Origin: Dehalococcoidia bacterium
Lineage (GTDB): Bacteria; Chloroflexota; Dehalococcoidia; UBA2979
DNA length: 64,000 bases
Assembly (NCBI GenBank): GCA_964291495.2
Contig: OZ219871.1
Coordinates: 544,001-608,000, forward strand
Reading direction: 5' to 3'
Position numbers and translations under genes: made by a program. Of the stretch, positions 27,441-36,307 are shown in pieces. Positions within the stretch are counted from its first letter, which is position 1; each line of letters begins with the position of its first letter. The notes below the pieces were generated by a model, which was not told where the DNA came from, made no database searches, and saw only the letters and a program-made list of their open reading frames with translations.

Positions 27441-28379
27441 ATGCGTGTGACGGTACTCGGCGGGAGCGGCTTCATCGGGCCGCGCGTGATGCGCAAGCTG
27501 GTCGAGCACGGGCACGAGGTCCACTGCATGGACATCGCGCCGAACGCCCCGGCGCTCGACCCGCTTCGCGACCGCGTCACGATCACGCACGGCGACATCA
27601 CCCTCATGGACGACGTCATCGAGGCGCTCGTATCGAGCAAGCCCGACCGCGTCCTCAACCTCGCCTACACCGTGGGCGCAGCCGAGAGCGACCCGCATCC
27701 GCAGGTGCGGCTCAACGTCCTGGGCATGGACAACTGCTTCGAGGCGGCGCGCATCCTCGGGATTCGCCGCGTGGTCTACGCGAGTTCGCTGGCGGTCTAC
27801 GGGCCGCAGCGGCTGCACGGCGAGCACCCCGTGAAGGAGGACGAACTCAGGCTCGGCACGAGCCTCTACGCCGTCTCCAAGATCTTCAACGAGCACCAGG
27901 CCGATTGGTACAACCGCGCCTACGAGATGGCGATCACCGGCGTGCGGCCCGCGAACATCACCGGGCCGGACAAGGTCCGGGGATCACTGAACCACGTGCA
28001 GTGCCAGGTGCTCCCCGCCCGCAACGAGCCCATCCACTTCCCCTACCGCGACATGATGACGCTGCCGCTTCACGTCGAGGACATCTCCGAGGTGTTCCTG
28101 CGCGTGACGCTCGCCGAGGAGACGGCCCACTCGATCTACAACTCGGGCGGGTTCGGGATGAGCCTCGGCGAGCTCGCGGACTTCGTGCGCGAGTTCCTGC
28201 CGGCGGCCGAGATCACGTTCGGGGAGGACGACGGCGGTCGCGAGCGCTCGGGTCTGTTCCTGATGGACAACTCGCGCCTCGTCGAGGAGTTCGAGGTCCA
28301 GTACGCGCCGTTCCGGCAGCGCGTGATGGAGACCCTCAACGACGTGCGGCGGGCCGAAGGGCTACCACCCGTCGGCTAA
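27441..28379 (+). CDS. NAD-dependent epimerase/dehydratase
   Basis: GGSGFIG, YASSLAVYG, YAVSK. Confidence 0.88.
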   Translation: MRVTVLGGSGFIGPRVMRKLVEHGHEVHCMDIAPNAPALDPLRDRVTITHGDITLMDDVIEALVSSKPDRVLNLAYTVGAAESDPHPQVRLNVLGMDNCFEAARILGIRRVVYASSLAVYGPQRLHGEHPVKEDELRLGTSLYAVSKIFNEHQADWYNRAYEMAITGVRPANITGPDKVRGSLNHVQCQVLPARNEPIHFPYRDMMTLPLHVEDISEVFLRVTLAEETAHSIYNSGGFGMSLGELADFVREFLPAAEITFGEDDGGRERSGLFLMDNSRLVEEFEVQYAPFRQRVMETLNDVRRAEGLPPVG

Positions 28380-28401
28380 ACACCGCCTCTGTCCGCGGGC
28401 G

Positions 28402-28989
28402 TCACGAAGTCGGTGTGCGCCTGATCACGCCGCAGGCCAGGCGGGCGCCGGTGTCCGACTCGTACTCTCCGTACGCATCCGGCCGTTCGTGGACGATGAT
28501 GGCGGAGCCGTCTGCGTCGAACACGGAGTGCCGCGGACCCTTGTCCAGCGTGACGCCAACGGTGAAGAAGTCCGCGCGGGCCGACCCGTCGGAGGCGGCG
28601 TAGATGTTGGGCAGATCGCCGCCGTGCCCTCCCGACTCGCCACGCGTCCAGCCTGAATGGATGAAGCCGTGTTCCGCGTCGGTCGGGTCGAAGTGGTCGC
28701 CGGCGGCGCCAAAGTCGGGCGCACACGCGCCGACCTCGTGGATGATGAACGCGTGGCCGCCCGGGGCCAGCCCGTTCACTTCGGCGATGACCAGGACCCC
28801 GCTGGCGGTTTGCAGGAATGTGACCATGCCGACGGCGTCGCCGGACGGCGAGATCAGTGCTGCTTCAGCCGTCAGGCCCGGCGTGCGTTCATCCTCCCCG
28901 CCGGACCGGGCGATGATCAGAGCCACGCCGACCACCAACACGATCACGAGGGGTGACACGGCGAGTACAGGTGTCAGACGTCCAGTCAC
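28402..28989 (-). CDS. sodC: Cu/Zn superoxide dismutase family protein, N-terminally anchored, one Cu-ligand His replaced
   Basis: HAFIIHE, AAGDHFDP, HG, HGGDLPNI, IIVHERPD, GARLACG. Confidence 0.8.
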   Translation of the reverse strand: MTGRLTPVLAVSPLVIVLVVGVALIIARSGGEDERTPGLTAEAALISPSGDAVGMVTFLQTASGVLVIAEVNGLAPGGHAFIIHEVGACAPDFGAAGDHFDPTDAEHGFIHSGWTRGESGGHGGDLPNIYAASDGSARADFFTVGVTLDKGPRHSVFDADGSAIIVHERPDAYGEYESDTGARLACGVIRRTPTS

Positions 28990-29136
28990 GACGGTCTCCT
29001 GCCACTAAACGATACTATATGTCATGAGGCTCGCTCGTAGCCCATTCCGGGGAGGGCCGGCGCGTGCCACGGTTGCCCGGAGACAGAACGGGCCCGCATC
29101 CCCAGCTCCGCCTGTCAGATGTCTGCTGTGCCGGGA

Positions 29137-32100
29137 CTAGTTCTCCTCGGGGAACAGGGCGACGCGCACGTAGCGGTCCTCGGGCAGGGAGCGCCCGGCG
29201 ACGGACGCGATGTCCTCCAGCGTCAGCGCGTCCAGCCGTGCGTCGAAGCGGTTGATGTCATCGAGCGGCCGGCCCTGCTGCGCCGCGCTCCGGATCTGGC
29301 TGAGCCAGAAGCCGTTCTCTCGCAGATCCTCCTCGCGAGTGCTGCGGAACTGCTCCTTGACAGAGTCCAGGTACTCCTGCTCGCCCCCGGCGCGGAGCCA
29401 GTCGAGCTCGACCGCCACCTCGCCGAGGAGCTCGTCGACGCGGGCAGGGTCGCTGCCGAAGATGATCGCGACCTGGTACTCGGAGTCCGGTATCAGGCTC
29501 GCGCCGGCGCTGACGAAGATGGCGTAGGTGCCGCCGAGCTGTTCCCGCACGCGCTCGCGCAGACGGGTCCCGAGCATCTCGCCGGCCACGTCGAGCGCCA
29601 GCGTCTCCCCTTCGGCCCACTCCGCCTCGCCGGCGAAGACCCAGATCGTGTTGCTCCGCGGCTCGATGCCGCTGCGGACGACTTCGTCCACCACGCCCTG
29701 CGGCGGGTCGATGTCCAGGTCACGCCATGTCTCGCTGCGCCCGCCGGCCGGGAGGCTGGCGAGGTAGGTGGCCGTCAGCGAGCGCAGCTCGTCCCAGTCG
29801 AAGGCGCCCACGAAGACGAACGTCGCGTCGCCGAGGTCGGCGAAACGGTCAGCGTAGACCGCCTCCGCGCGCTCGAGGCTGAGCTCGTCGATCAGCTCGA
29901 GGCTGAGGGGCCGGCGCCGGAAGTGCTCCTGCGCCAGCAAGGTGTTCACCCGGTCGTACAGCACCGCGTCCGGCTGGGTCGGGCGAGTCTCGGCGGTGCT
30001 GCGCAGGCTCGCCTCGTAGGTCGCGAAGTAGGTCGGATCGAGTCGCGGCGCGGTCGCGTAGAGCCAGACGAGCTGGAACATCGTCTCGAGGTCCTCGGGA
30101 GAGGCGTTGCCGCTCAGCCCCTCGAACAGCGCGTTGATGAAGGGCGATACCGAGACCCGCTTGCCGGCGAGCAGCTTGTCGAGGGCGACGCTGTCGTGCT
30201 CGCCGACACCGCTGCCGGAGGCGAGCGCGGCGGCGTAGAGGGCGGAGACATGGTCGGCGTCGGCGACGAGCGACTGTCCTCCCGGGCTGAAGGAGGTGAA
30301 GAGCACCTCGTCGTCGCGGAAGTCGGTCTGCTTCGCAATCACCGTGATGCCGTTCGACAGCGTCCACTGCACGGCGTCGATCGCCTCGATCTCTTCCTCC
30401 CCGACGATGCTGCCCGCCGCCGGGATGGTCGCGAGCAACGGCACGTCGCCGCCGGTGTCCGCGTACGGCTCCACCGTCAGTGCGGCGGCGCCCTCGAGCT
30501 GTGCCTGCAACACCGCGGCCAGTGCGTCGCCGCCGGTCGGATCGATGGCCTCGGGTCCCAGGACCAGGAGCACGGTGTTGCCGGGCTCCGTCCAGGACGC
30601 CGCCACGGCGTCGACCTCGGACAGCGAGATCTGCGGCAGCACCTGCTGGTACAGCTCCCACTCGACCTCGATGCCGGGCGCCGGCGTGCCGGTGAGGAAG
30701 TGGTTGCGGTATTCGGCGGCCAGGCCGGCCGAGGGCTGCTGCAAGCGTTGCTTGTAGGCGCTCTCCACGGAGCTGAGCAGGTTCGCCTGCTCGCGAGCCA
30801 GCTCGCCCTCGGTAAAGCCGTGCCGGCCGGCGCGCTGTAGCTCTTCGAGCAGGGCCTCGAATCCGCGCTCGGTCCCGGCCTGCTCGACGACGATCGTGAA
30901 GGTCAGGATGTCGATGGGCTGGACGAACGGCGAGCGCCCGGTCCCGGACCAGAGGTAGGGGGCATCGGGGGTCTGGCCCCGCTCGAACAGCCGCGCGTTG
31001 AGCATCATGAAGGCGAGCTCCTCGACGGCGAGGCGCCGGAAGGCCACCACGTCGCGCCCGGTCTCGGGAGCAATCTTGCGAACCAGCGTCACCTGGGTGC
31101 CGGGCGCCTCGGGATCGGTGAACACGTCGACGATCGGTTCGGCGTTGTCGGGCACGTCGTAGCTGGGCAGGGTGGTGGGCGGCGCGACGGCGGCTCGAGG
31201 CTGGGTGGCCTCGCCCTCGGGAAGCGGGGCGAAATACTGCCGGATCTTCGCCTCGATCAGGGTGGGATCGAAGTCGCCCACGGCAACCACGGCCATCAGG
31301 TTGGGCCGGTACCAGCGCTCGTAGTACGCCCGCAGTTGCTCCGCGGACGCGGTCTCGATGACCTCGGGCAGGCCGATCGGAGCCCGCTCAGCGTAGCGTG
31401 AGGAGCCGAACAGCAGCGGAAGCAGGTTGTTCTGGAAGCGCGAGGAGAATCCCTGGGAGAGGCGCCACTCCTCCAGCACCACGCCGCGTTCCAGTTCGAC
31501 CTCCTCGGGATCGAACGAGATGGCGTAGGCCCAGTCGCTCAGGATCCGGAAGGCGTTCTCGAGGATCTCCGGGTCGTCGGTCGGTATCTCCAGGAAATAG
31601 ATCGTCGAATCGAAGCCGGTCGAGGCGTTCACGTCGGGGCCGAAGGTGCTGCCGATCGACTCGAGGTAGTCGACGATCTCCTGTTTCGCGAAGCGCTCCG
31701 TGCCGTTGAAGGCCATGTGCTCCGCGAAGTGGGCCAGTCCGCGCTCTTCCTCCTCTTCGAGGATCGAGCCGGCTTTGACGACGAGCGACAGCTGCGCGCG
31801 CTCGCGCGGCTCCTCGTTGTAGCGGATGTACCAGGTCAGACCGTTGCTGAGCTCGCCGCTGTCGACCGCGGGGTCGAGGGGCAGCGGATCGCCGGGCTCG
31901 AAGGCTGCCGGCCCAGCCGTCGCGGTCGGCGTGGGCGTGGGTGTCGCGGTGGGCGCGGCCGTCGGCGTCGGACTTGCGGTGGCCGTTGGCGTCGGCGTGG
32001 CGGTAGGCGTTGGAGCGGGCTCGGGCGTTACCGCGGGCACGGCCGCAGCCGTGGGTTCCGGAGTCGGCTCTGGCGAGGGTTCGGAGGTGCATCCGACCAG

Positions 32101-32160
32101 CGCAAGTGAGAGCAGCGCGACGGAGGCGACGGCTATTGCTGACCTCAGAGCTGCGCTCAT
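29137..32160 (-). CDS. M16 zinc peptidase (PqqL-like) lipoprotein
   Basis: LALVGC lipobox, PT stalk, GLAHFAEHMAFNG (HxxEH), ERGVVLEEWR, two-lobed M16 architecture. Confidence 0.92.
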   Translation of the reverse strand: MSAALRSAIAVASVALLSLALVGCTSEPSPEPTPEPTAAAVPAVTPEPAPTPTATPTPTATASPTPTAAPTATPTPTPTATAGPAAFEPGDPLPLDPAVDSGELSNGLTWYIRYNEEPRERAQLSLVVKAGSILEEEEERGLAHFAEHMAFNGTERFAKQEIVDYLESIGSTFGPDVNASTGFDSTIYFLEIPTDDPEILENAFRILSDWAYAISFDPEEVELERGVVLEEWRLSQGFSSRFQNNLLPLLFGSSRYAERAPIGLPEVIETASAEQLRAYYERWYRPNLMAVVAVGDFDPTLIEAKIRQYFAPLPEGEATQPRAAVAPPTTLPSYDVPDNAEPIVDVFTDPEAPGTQVTLVRKIAPETGRDVVAFRRLAVEELAFMMLNARLFERGQTPDAPYLWSGTGRSPFVQPIDILTFTIVVEQAGTERGFEALLEELQRAGRHGFTEGELAREQANLLSSVESAYKQRLQQPSAGLAAEYRNHFLTGTPAPGIEVEWELYQQVLPQISLSEVDAVAASWTEPGNTVLLVLGPEAIDPTGGDALAAVLQAQLEGAAALTVEPYADTGGDVPLLATIPAAGSIVGEEEIEAIDAVQWTLSNGITVIAKQTDFRDDEVLFTSFSPGGQSLVADADHVSALYAAALASGSGVGEHDSVALDKLLAGKRVSVSPFINALFEGLSGNASPEDLETMFQLVWLYATAPRLDPTYFATYEASLRSTAETRPTQPDAVLYDRVNTLLAQEHFRRRPLSLELIDELSLERAEAVYADRFADLGDATFVFVGAFDWDELRSLTATYLASLPAGGRSETWRDLDIDPPQGVVDEVVRSGIEPRSNTIWVFAGEAEWAEGETLALDVAGEMLGTRLRERVREQLGGTYAIFVSAGASLIPDSEYQVAIIFGSDPARVDELLGEVAVELDWLRAGGEQEYLDSVKEQFRSTREEDLRENGFWLSQIRSAAQQGRPLDDINRFDARLDALTLEDIASVAGRSLPEDRYVRVALFPEEN

Positions 32161-32345
32161 CTGCCTCGTCTCTCGTGCCCGTGCCGCGCAGGCAGCCCCA
32201 ACCAGGGACGGTGGCGTGCCGACCGTCCCACACGCATCTTCCCCGCCCGGCGGTTTAGGCGCAGCCTGTGGAGGCTGATGCGCTAGCGGGCGTGGTTCGG
32301 CACACTGGGCGGCCGGCGCCGCCGCGGCATCAACAGGGAGCCTCC

Positions 32346-32903
32346 GTGCGGGCAGGCCTGATCTCGGACACGCACACCCCGGCCATGGGCAAGCACCCAC
32401 CGGCCGAGGTCGCGCGCGCCTTCGAGGGCGTCGACCTGATCCTGCACGCGGGCGACGTCTACACCTCGGAGTGCCTCGACTGGCTGGAGCAGATCGCGCC
32501 GGTGATCGCGGTGGAAGTGCCGCCGGCGCCATGTGTCGGCGACCCGCGCGTGGGCTACAAGCGCGTGATCGACGTGGGCGGGCGTCCGCTCGGGCTGGTG
32601 CACGAGCTGATCATCATTGGCCACGGCTTCGAGGTGGTGCCGGGCATCATCGAGCGCCAGGTTGGCGAGGACGAGCCGCTCGGCGACTACCTCGAGAGGT
32701 TCTTCGGCGGGCGCGTCGAGGCGGTCGTCTTCGGCGACACGCACGTCCCGATGGTGGAGCGGCACCAGGGCATCCTGTTCGTGAATCCGGGCAGCACGAT
32801 GCTGCCGTGGCAGCGTCGCCAGCTCGGCACCGTCGCGATCCTCGAGGCCGACGGCGACGGCCTCGAGGCGCGGGTTGTGCACCTGTCGGAGTACAGCGAG
32901 TAG
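32346..32903 (+). CDS. YfcE-like metallophosphoesterase
   Basis: ISDTH, HAGD, FGDTH, NPGS; GTG at 32346. Confidence 0.85.
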   Translation: MRAGLISDTHTPAMGKHPPAEVARAFEGVDLILHAGDVYTSECLDWLEQIAPVIAVEVPPAPCVGDPRVGYKRVIDVGGRPLGLVHELIIIGHGFEVVPGIIERQVGEDEPLGDYLERFFGGRVEAVVFGDTHVPMVERHQGILFVNPGSTMLPWQRRQLGTVAILEADGDGLEARVVHLSEYSE

Positions 32904-32948
32904 GTCGCCCGCGTGTCGGCCCGCGATGCTGTATCCTCGGCCCCGGCA

Positions 32949-32985
32949 ATACGCGATACGCGGTAGCGATAACGCGATACGCGAT
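32949..32985 (+). repeat. imperfect heptamer repeat (ACGCGAT) upstream of the DUF35-thiolase operon
   Basis: at-acgcgat-acgcggt-agcgat-a-acgcgat-acgcgat. Confidence 0.5.
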
Positions 32986-32999
32986 TCGAGGAGGCCCGC

Positions 33000-33416
33000 A
33001 TGCCGCGACCGATTCCGATCCCCGACGCCATCAGCAAGCCCTTCTGGGACGCCTGCAACGAGAAGCGGCTGATCGTCCAGTACTGCGACATCTGTGACTA
33101 CAAGCAGTTCCCGCCGGAGGCGGATTGCCGCGAGTGCGGCTGGCACCTGCACCTCGGCTGGATCGAGACCAGCGGCCGCGGCTTCATCAATGGCTACTCC
33201 GTCACTTACGACTCGCGGATCATGGCGTGGCACGAGGAGCAGCCGTTCAACAACGCCGTGATCTCGCTCGAGGAAGACCCGAAGATCAACTTCTTCTCGA
33301 ACCTCCCGGGCGTGCCCGTGAACGAGGTGCCCGTGGGCGCGAAGGTGGAGGTCTACTTCATCCCGGTGTCCGACGACCAAATGATCCCGGAGTGGCGAGT
33401 CGTCGACGAGAGCTGA
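33000..33416 (+). CDS. DUF35 Zn-ribbon/OB-fold protein (ChsH2-C-like thiolase partner)
   Basis: PFWDAC...CDIC...FPP...CREC, SGRG, LEE. Confidence 0.9.
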   Translation: MPRPIPIPDAISKPFWDACNEKRLIVQYCDICDYKQFPPEADCRECGWHLHLGWIETSGRGFINGYSVTYDSRIMAWHEEQPFNNAVISLEEDPKINFFSNLPGVPVNEVPVGAKVEVYFIPVSDDQMIPEWRVVDES

Positions 33417-33474
33417 CGCTCACGCGACAACGAGGATTCGACTTGGGACCGGGAACCTAGGAAGGCACGAACTC

Positions 33475-34770
33475 ATGGCAAGTCAGATTCACTGGGAGCG
33501 CAACGAGGATCCGGTCGGCATCTGGGAGCACCGAGGCAAGGTCGCGCTCGTCGGCCGGGGTCACTCGGCGCAAACCGACCGCCGCTGGGACGGCGTGAGC
33601 ATGGACAAGACGCTGGGCGCCAAAGTCGTCGAGGCCGCACGCGCGGCGATCGAAGACGCCGGCCTCACACCCGACGACGTCGACGGCGTCGTCTCCTCGG
33701 GCGGCGGGCAGGCCTGGCACATCAGCCTCGGCTCGCAGTGGGGGCCGCTGCGGGACTTCTTCGACCCGCCGTACGACACCGAGGACGGCCTCACCTACGT
33801 GACCGCCGAGTGGGTGCGGAGGCAGATGGGCCTCCAGAACGCCACGTACGTGAACTCCCACGGCGAAACCCTCTGGAACCTCATGGGGCTCGCCGCCCAG
33901 GTCGTCGGCGACGGGCTTTCCGAGGTCTGCCTCGTCACCTACCCGAACGGGAACATCGAGGGCCGCTACCACCAGAATCCGAGCCTCGACGCGCCGGGCC
34001 GGAACCAGTGGTCCTACCCGTACGGCTGGGGGCTGTCCCTGCAGGGCTACATCTTCGAGCAGTACGCCCGCAAGTACGGCACCAACCACGACCGCATGGC
34101 GCCGTTCGTGGTCCAGGAGCACGCCAACGGGCTGCTCTGGCCGTACAGCTACTACGCGCAGCACGAGCCGGGCCCGTTCACGACCGAGGACTACCTCAAC
34201 GGCCGCTGGATCGCCCAGAACCTCAGCATCTTCGACTGCGACCGCCCCGTGCAGGCCGGCGCCGCCTACATCGTCACGACCGCCGAGCGCGCGAAGGACA
34301 TGAAGCAGAAGCCGGTCTACATCCTGGACCACACCGAGAGCGCGTTCGCCCCGCGCAGCCTCGTCCAGACCCTCGACGACACCGAGGAATGGACGGACAC
34401 GCAGGCGCGGCGCTCGTACGCCGGGTCCGGCCTGCGGCCGGAGGACATCGACGTCTTCGCGCCGTACGACGGCTTCGCGGTGTTCACGCAATACTTCCTC
34501 GAGGCCTTCGGCTGGCGGGGCGTGAAGCGTGGGGACGCGCACGACTTCTATGCGGGCGACATCTCGCTCAAGGGGCCGAACCCGATCAACTCGGGCGGCG
34601 GCAACATGGGCACCGGCCGCATGCGCACGGTCTTCATCACCGACCCGATGGAGCAGTTGCAGGACCGTGCGGGCGAGCGCCAGGTGGCGATCAAGGCCGA
34701 GACCGCGGTCACGATCGGCGTGCTTCCGATCAACGCCGGCGCGCTGGCGTTCAGCACCGTCCCCGACTAA
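33475..34770 (+). CDS. thiolase-fold protein (SCP2-thiolase/Ltp2-like), copy 1
   Basis: AIEDAGLTPDDVDG, YARKYG, DYLNGRWI, FDCD, PYDGF, INSGGG; 431 aa. Confidence 0.88.
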   Translation: MASQIHWERNEDPVGIWEHRGKVALVGRGHSAQTDRRWDGVSMDKTLGAKVVEAARAAIEDAGLTPDDVDGVVSSGGGQAWHISLGSQWGPLRDFFDPPYDTEDGLTYVTAEWVRRQMGLQNATYVNSHGETLWNLMGLAAQVVGDGLSEVCLVTYPNGNIEGRYHQNPSLDAPGRNQWSYPYGWGLSLQGYIFEQYARKYGTNHDRMAPFVVQEHANGLLWPYSYYAQHEPGPFTTEDYLNGRWIAQNLSIFDCDRPVQAGAAYIVTTAERAKDMKQKPVYILDHTESAFAPRSLVQTLDDTEEWTDTQARRSYAGSGLRPEDIDVFAPYDGFAVFTQYFLEAFGWRGVKRGDAHDFYAGDISLKGPNPINSGGGNMGTGRMRTVFITDPMEQLQDRAGERQVAIKAETAVTIGVLPINAGALAFSTVPD

Positions 34771-34981
34771 CGCTCGGGGCTCGCCGGCTTCGGTTCGGGC
34801 CGCACCCGCTGCGGCTCGGCGGATCGTGGCAATATGGGCGCGGCATGAGCACCAGCCCTTCGGCAGCGCCGCCGAGGTCTCGCCGGATCGACTGATCCCG
34901 GAGCGGATGGCCGCCGAGGAGCGCTGGCGCCCTCGCGGCGCGGACCACACCGCCAGGGCACGGTGCAGGAAGGCGCACGTC

Positions 34982-36277
34982 ATGGCACGCGCGATTCACT
35001 GGGAGCGCAACGAGGACCCGGTCGGCATCTGGGAGCACCGCGGCAAGGTCGTGCTCGCCGGCCGCGGCCACTCGAAGAACACCGACCGCCGCTGGGACGG
35101 CGTCAGCCTCGACAAGTCGCTCGGCGCGTATGTCATCGAGGCCGCCCGCGCGGCGATGGACGACGCAGGCATCACGCCCGACGAGGTCGACGGGATCGTC
35201 ACCTCGGCGGGCGGGCAGCCCAACCACGCGAGCCTCGGCGGGCACTGGGGTCCGACCCGGCCCTACTTTGACGCGCCGTACGACTCGGAGGACGGACTCA
35301 CCTTCGTGACCGCCGAGTGGCTGCGCAAGACGATGAACCTCGAGAACGTCACGTACATGAACTCGCACGGCTCGACCCTCTGGAACCTGATCGGCCTCGC
35401 CGCCCAGGTCGTCGGCGACGGGCGCTGCGAGGTCTGCCTGGTGCCCTACCCGAACGGGAACATCGAGGGCCGCTACCACCAGAACCCGACCCTCACGGCG
35501 CCCGGGCCGGCGCAGTGGAACTTCCCGTACGGCTGGGGGCAGTCCGTGCACGGCTACGTCTTCGAGCAGTATGCCCGCAAGTACGGAACCAACCACGACC
35601 GCATGGCCCCGTTCATCGTCCAGGAGCACGCCAACGGCCTGCTCTGGCCGCACAGCTACTACGCCCAGCACGAGCCGGAGCCGTTCACGGCCGAGGACTA
35701 CCTCAACGGCCGCTGGATCGCCCAGAACCTCAGCATCTTCGACTGCGACCGGCCCGTGCAGGCGGGCGCCTGCTACGTGGTGACCACCGCCGAGCGGGCG
35801 AAGGACATGAAGCAGCAGCCTGTCTACGTCCTCGACCACACGGAGACCGCGTTCTCGCCGCGCAGCCTGACGCAGACCCTCGACGACACCGAGGAGTGGA
35901 CGAGCACCCAGGCGCGGCGCTCGTACGCCGGCTCCGGCCTGCGGCCCGACGACATCGACGTCTTCGCGCCGTACGACGGCTTCGCCGTGTTCACGCAGTA
36001 CTTCCTCGAGGCCTTCGGGTGGCGCGGGGTGAAGCGCGGCGAGGCTCACGACTTCTACGCCGGGGACATCTCGCTCCAGGGGCCGAACCCCATCAACTCG
36101 GGCGGCGGCAACATGGGCACCGGCCGCATGCGTACCGTCTTCATCACCGACCCGATGGAGCAGTTGCAGGGACGCGCCGGCGAACGGCAGATCGCCACCA
36201 AGGCCGAGATCGCGGTCACGATCGGGGTGCTCCCGATCTCGGCCGCGGCGCTGGCCTTCAGCACGGTCCCCGACTAG
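34982..36277 (+). CDS. thiolase-fold protein, copy 2
   Basis: Collinear 431-aa paralogue from ATG at 34982. Confidence 0.88.
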   Translation: MARAIHWERNEDPVGIWEHRGKVVLAGRGHSKNTDRRWDGVSLDKSLGAYVIEAARAAMDDAGITPDEVDGIVTSAGGQPNHASLGGHWGPTRPYFDAPYDSEDGLTFVTAEWLRKTMNLENVTYMNSHGSTLWNLIGLAAQVVGDGRCEVCLVPYPNGNIEGRYHQNPTLTAPGPAQWNFPYGWGQSVHGYVFEQYARKYGTNHDRMAPFIVQEHANGLLWPHSYYAQHEPEPFTAEDYLNGRWIAQNLSIFDCDRPVQAGACYVVTTAERAKDMKQQPVYVLDHTETAFSPRSLTQTLDDTEEWTSTQARRSYAGSGLRPDDIDVFAPYDGFAVFTQYFLEAFGWRGVKRGEAHDFYAGDISLQGPNPINSGGGNMGTGRMRTVFITDPMEQLQGRAGERQIATKAEIAVTIGVLPISAAALAFSTVPD

Positions 36278-36307
36278 CAGCCGCGACTGAGCAGGGAGGC
36301 ACGAGTC

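Noticed and set aside
28990-29136. Intergenic region upstream of sodC as an ncRNA or riboswitch
   Set aside because: No conserved motif or convincing structure recognised by eye
32200-32290. Two hairpins between the M16 peptidase and phosphoesterase genes; also a possible displaced 3' end of the epimerase gene
   Set aside because: No second copy of the hairpins in the window, and similarity to the epimerase end is too weak
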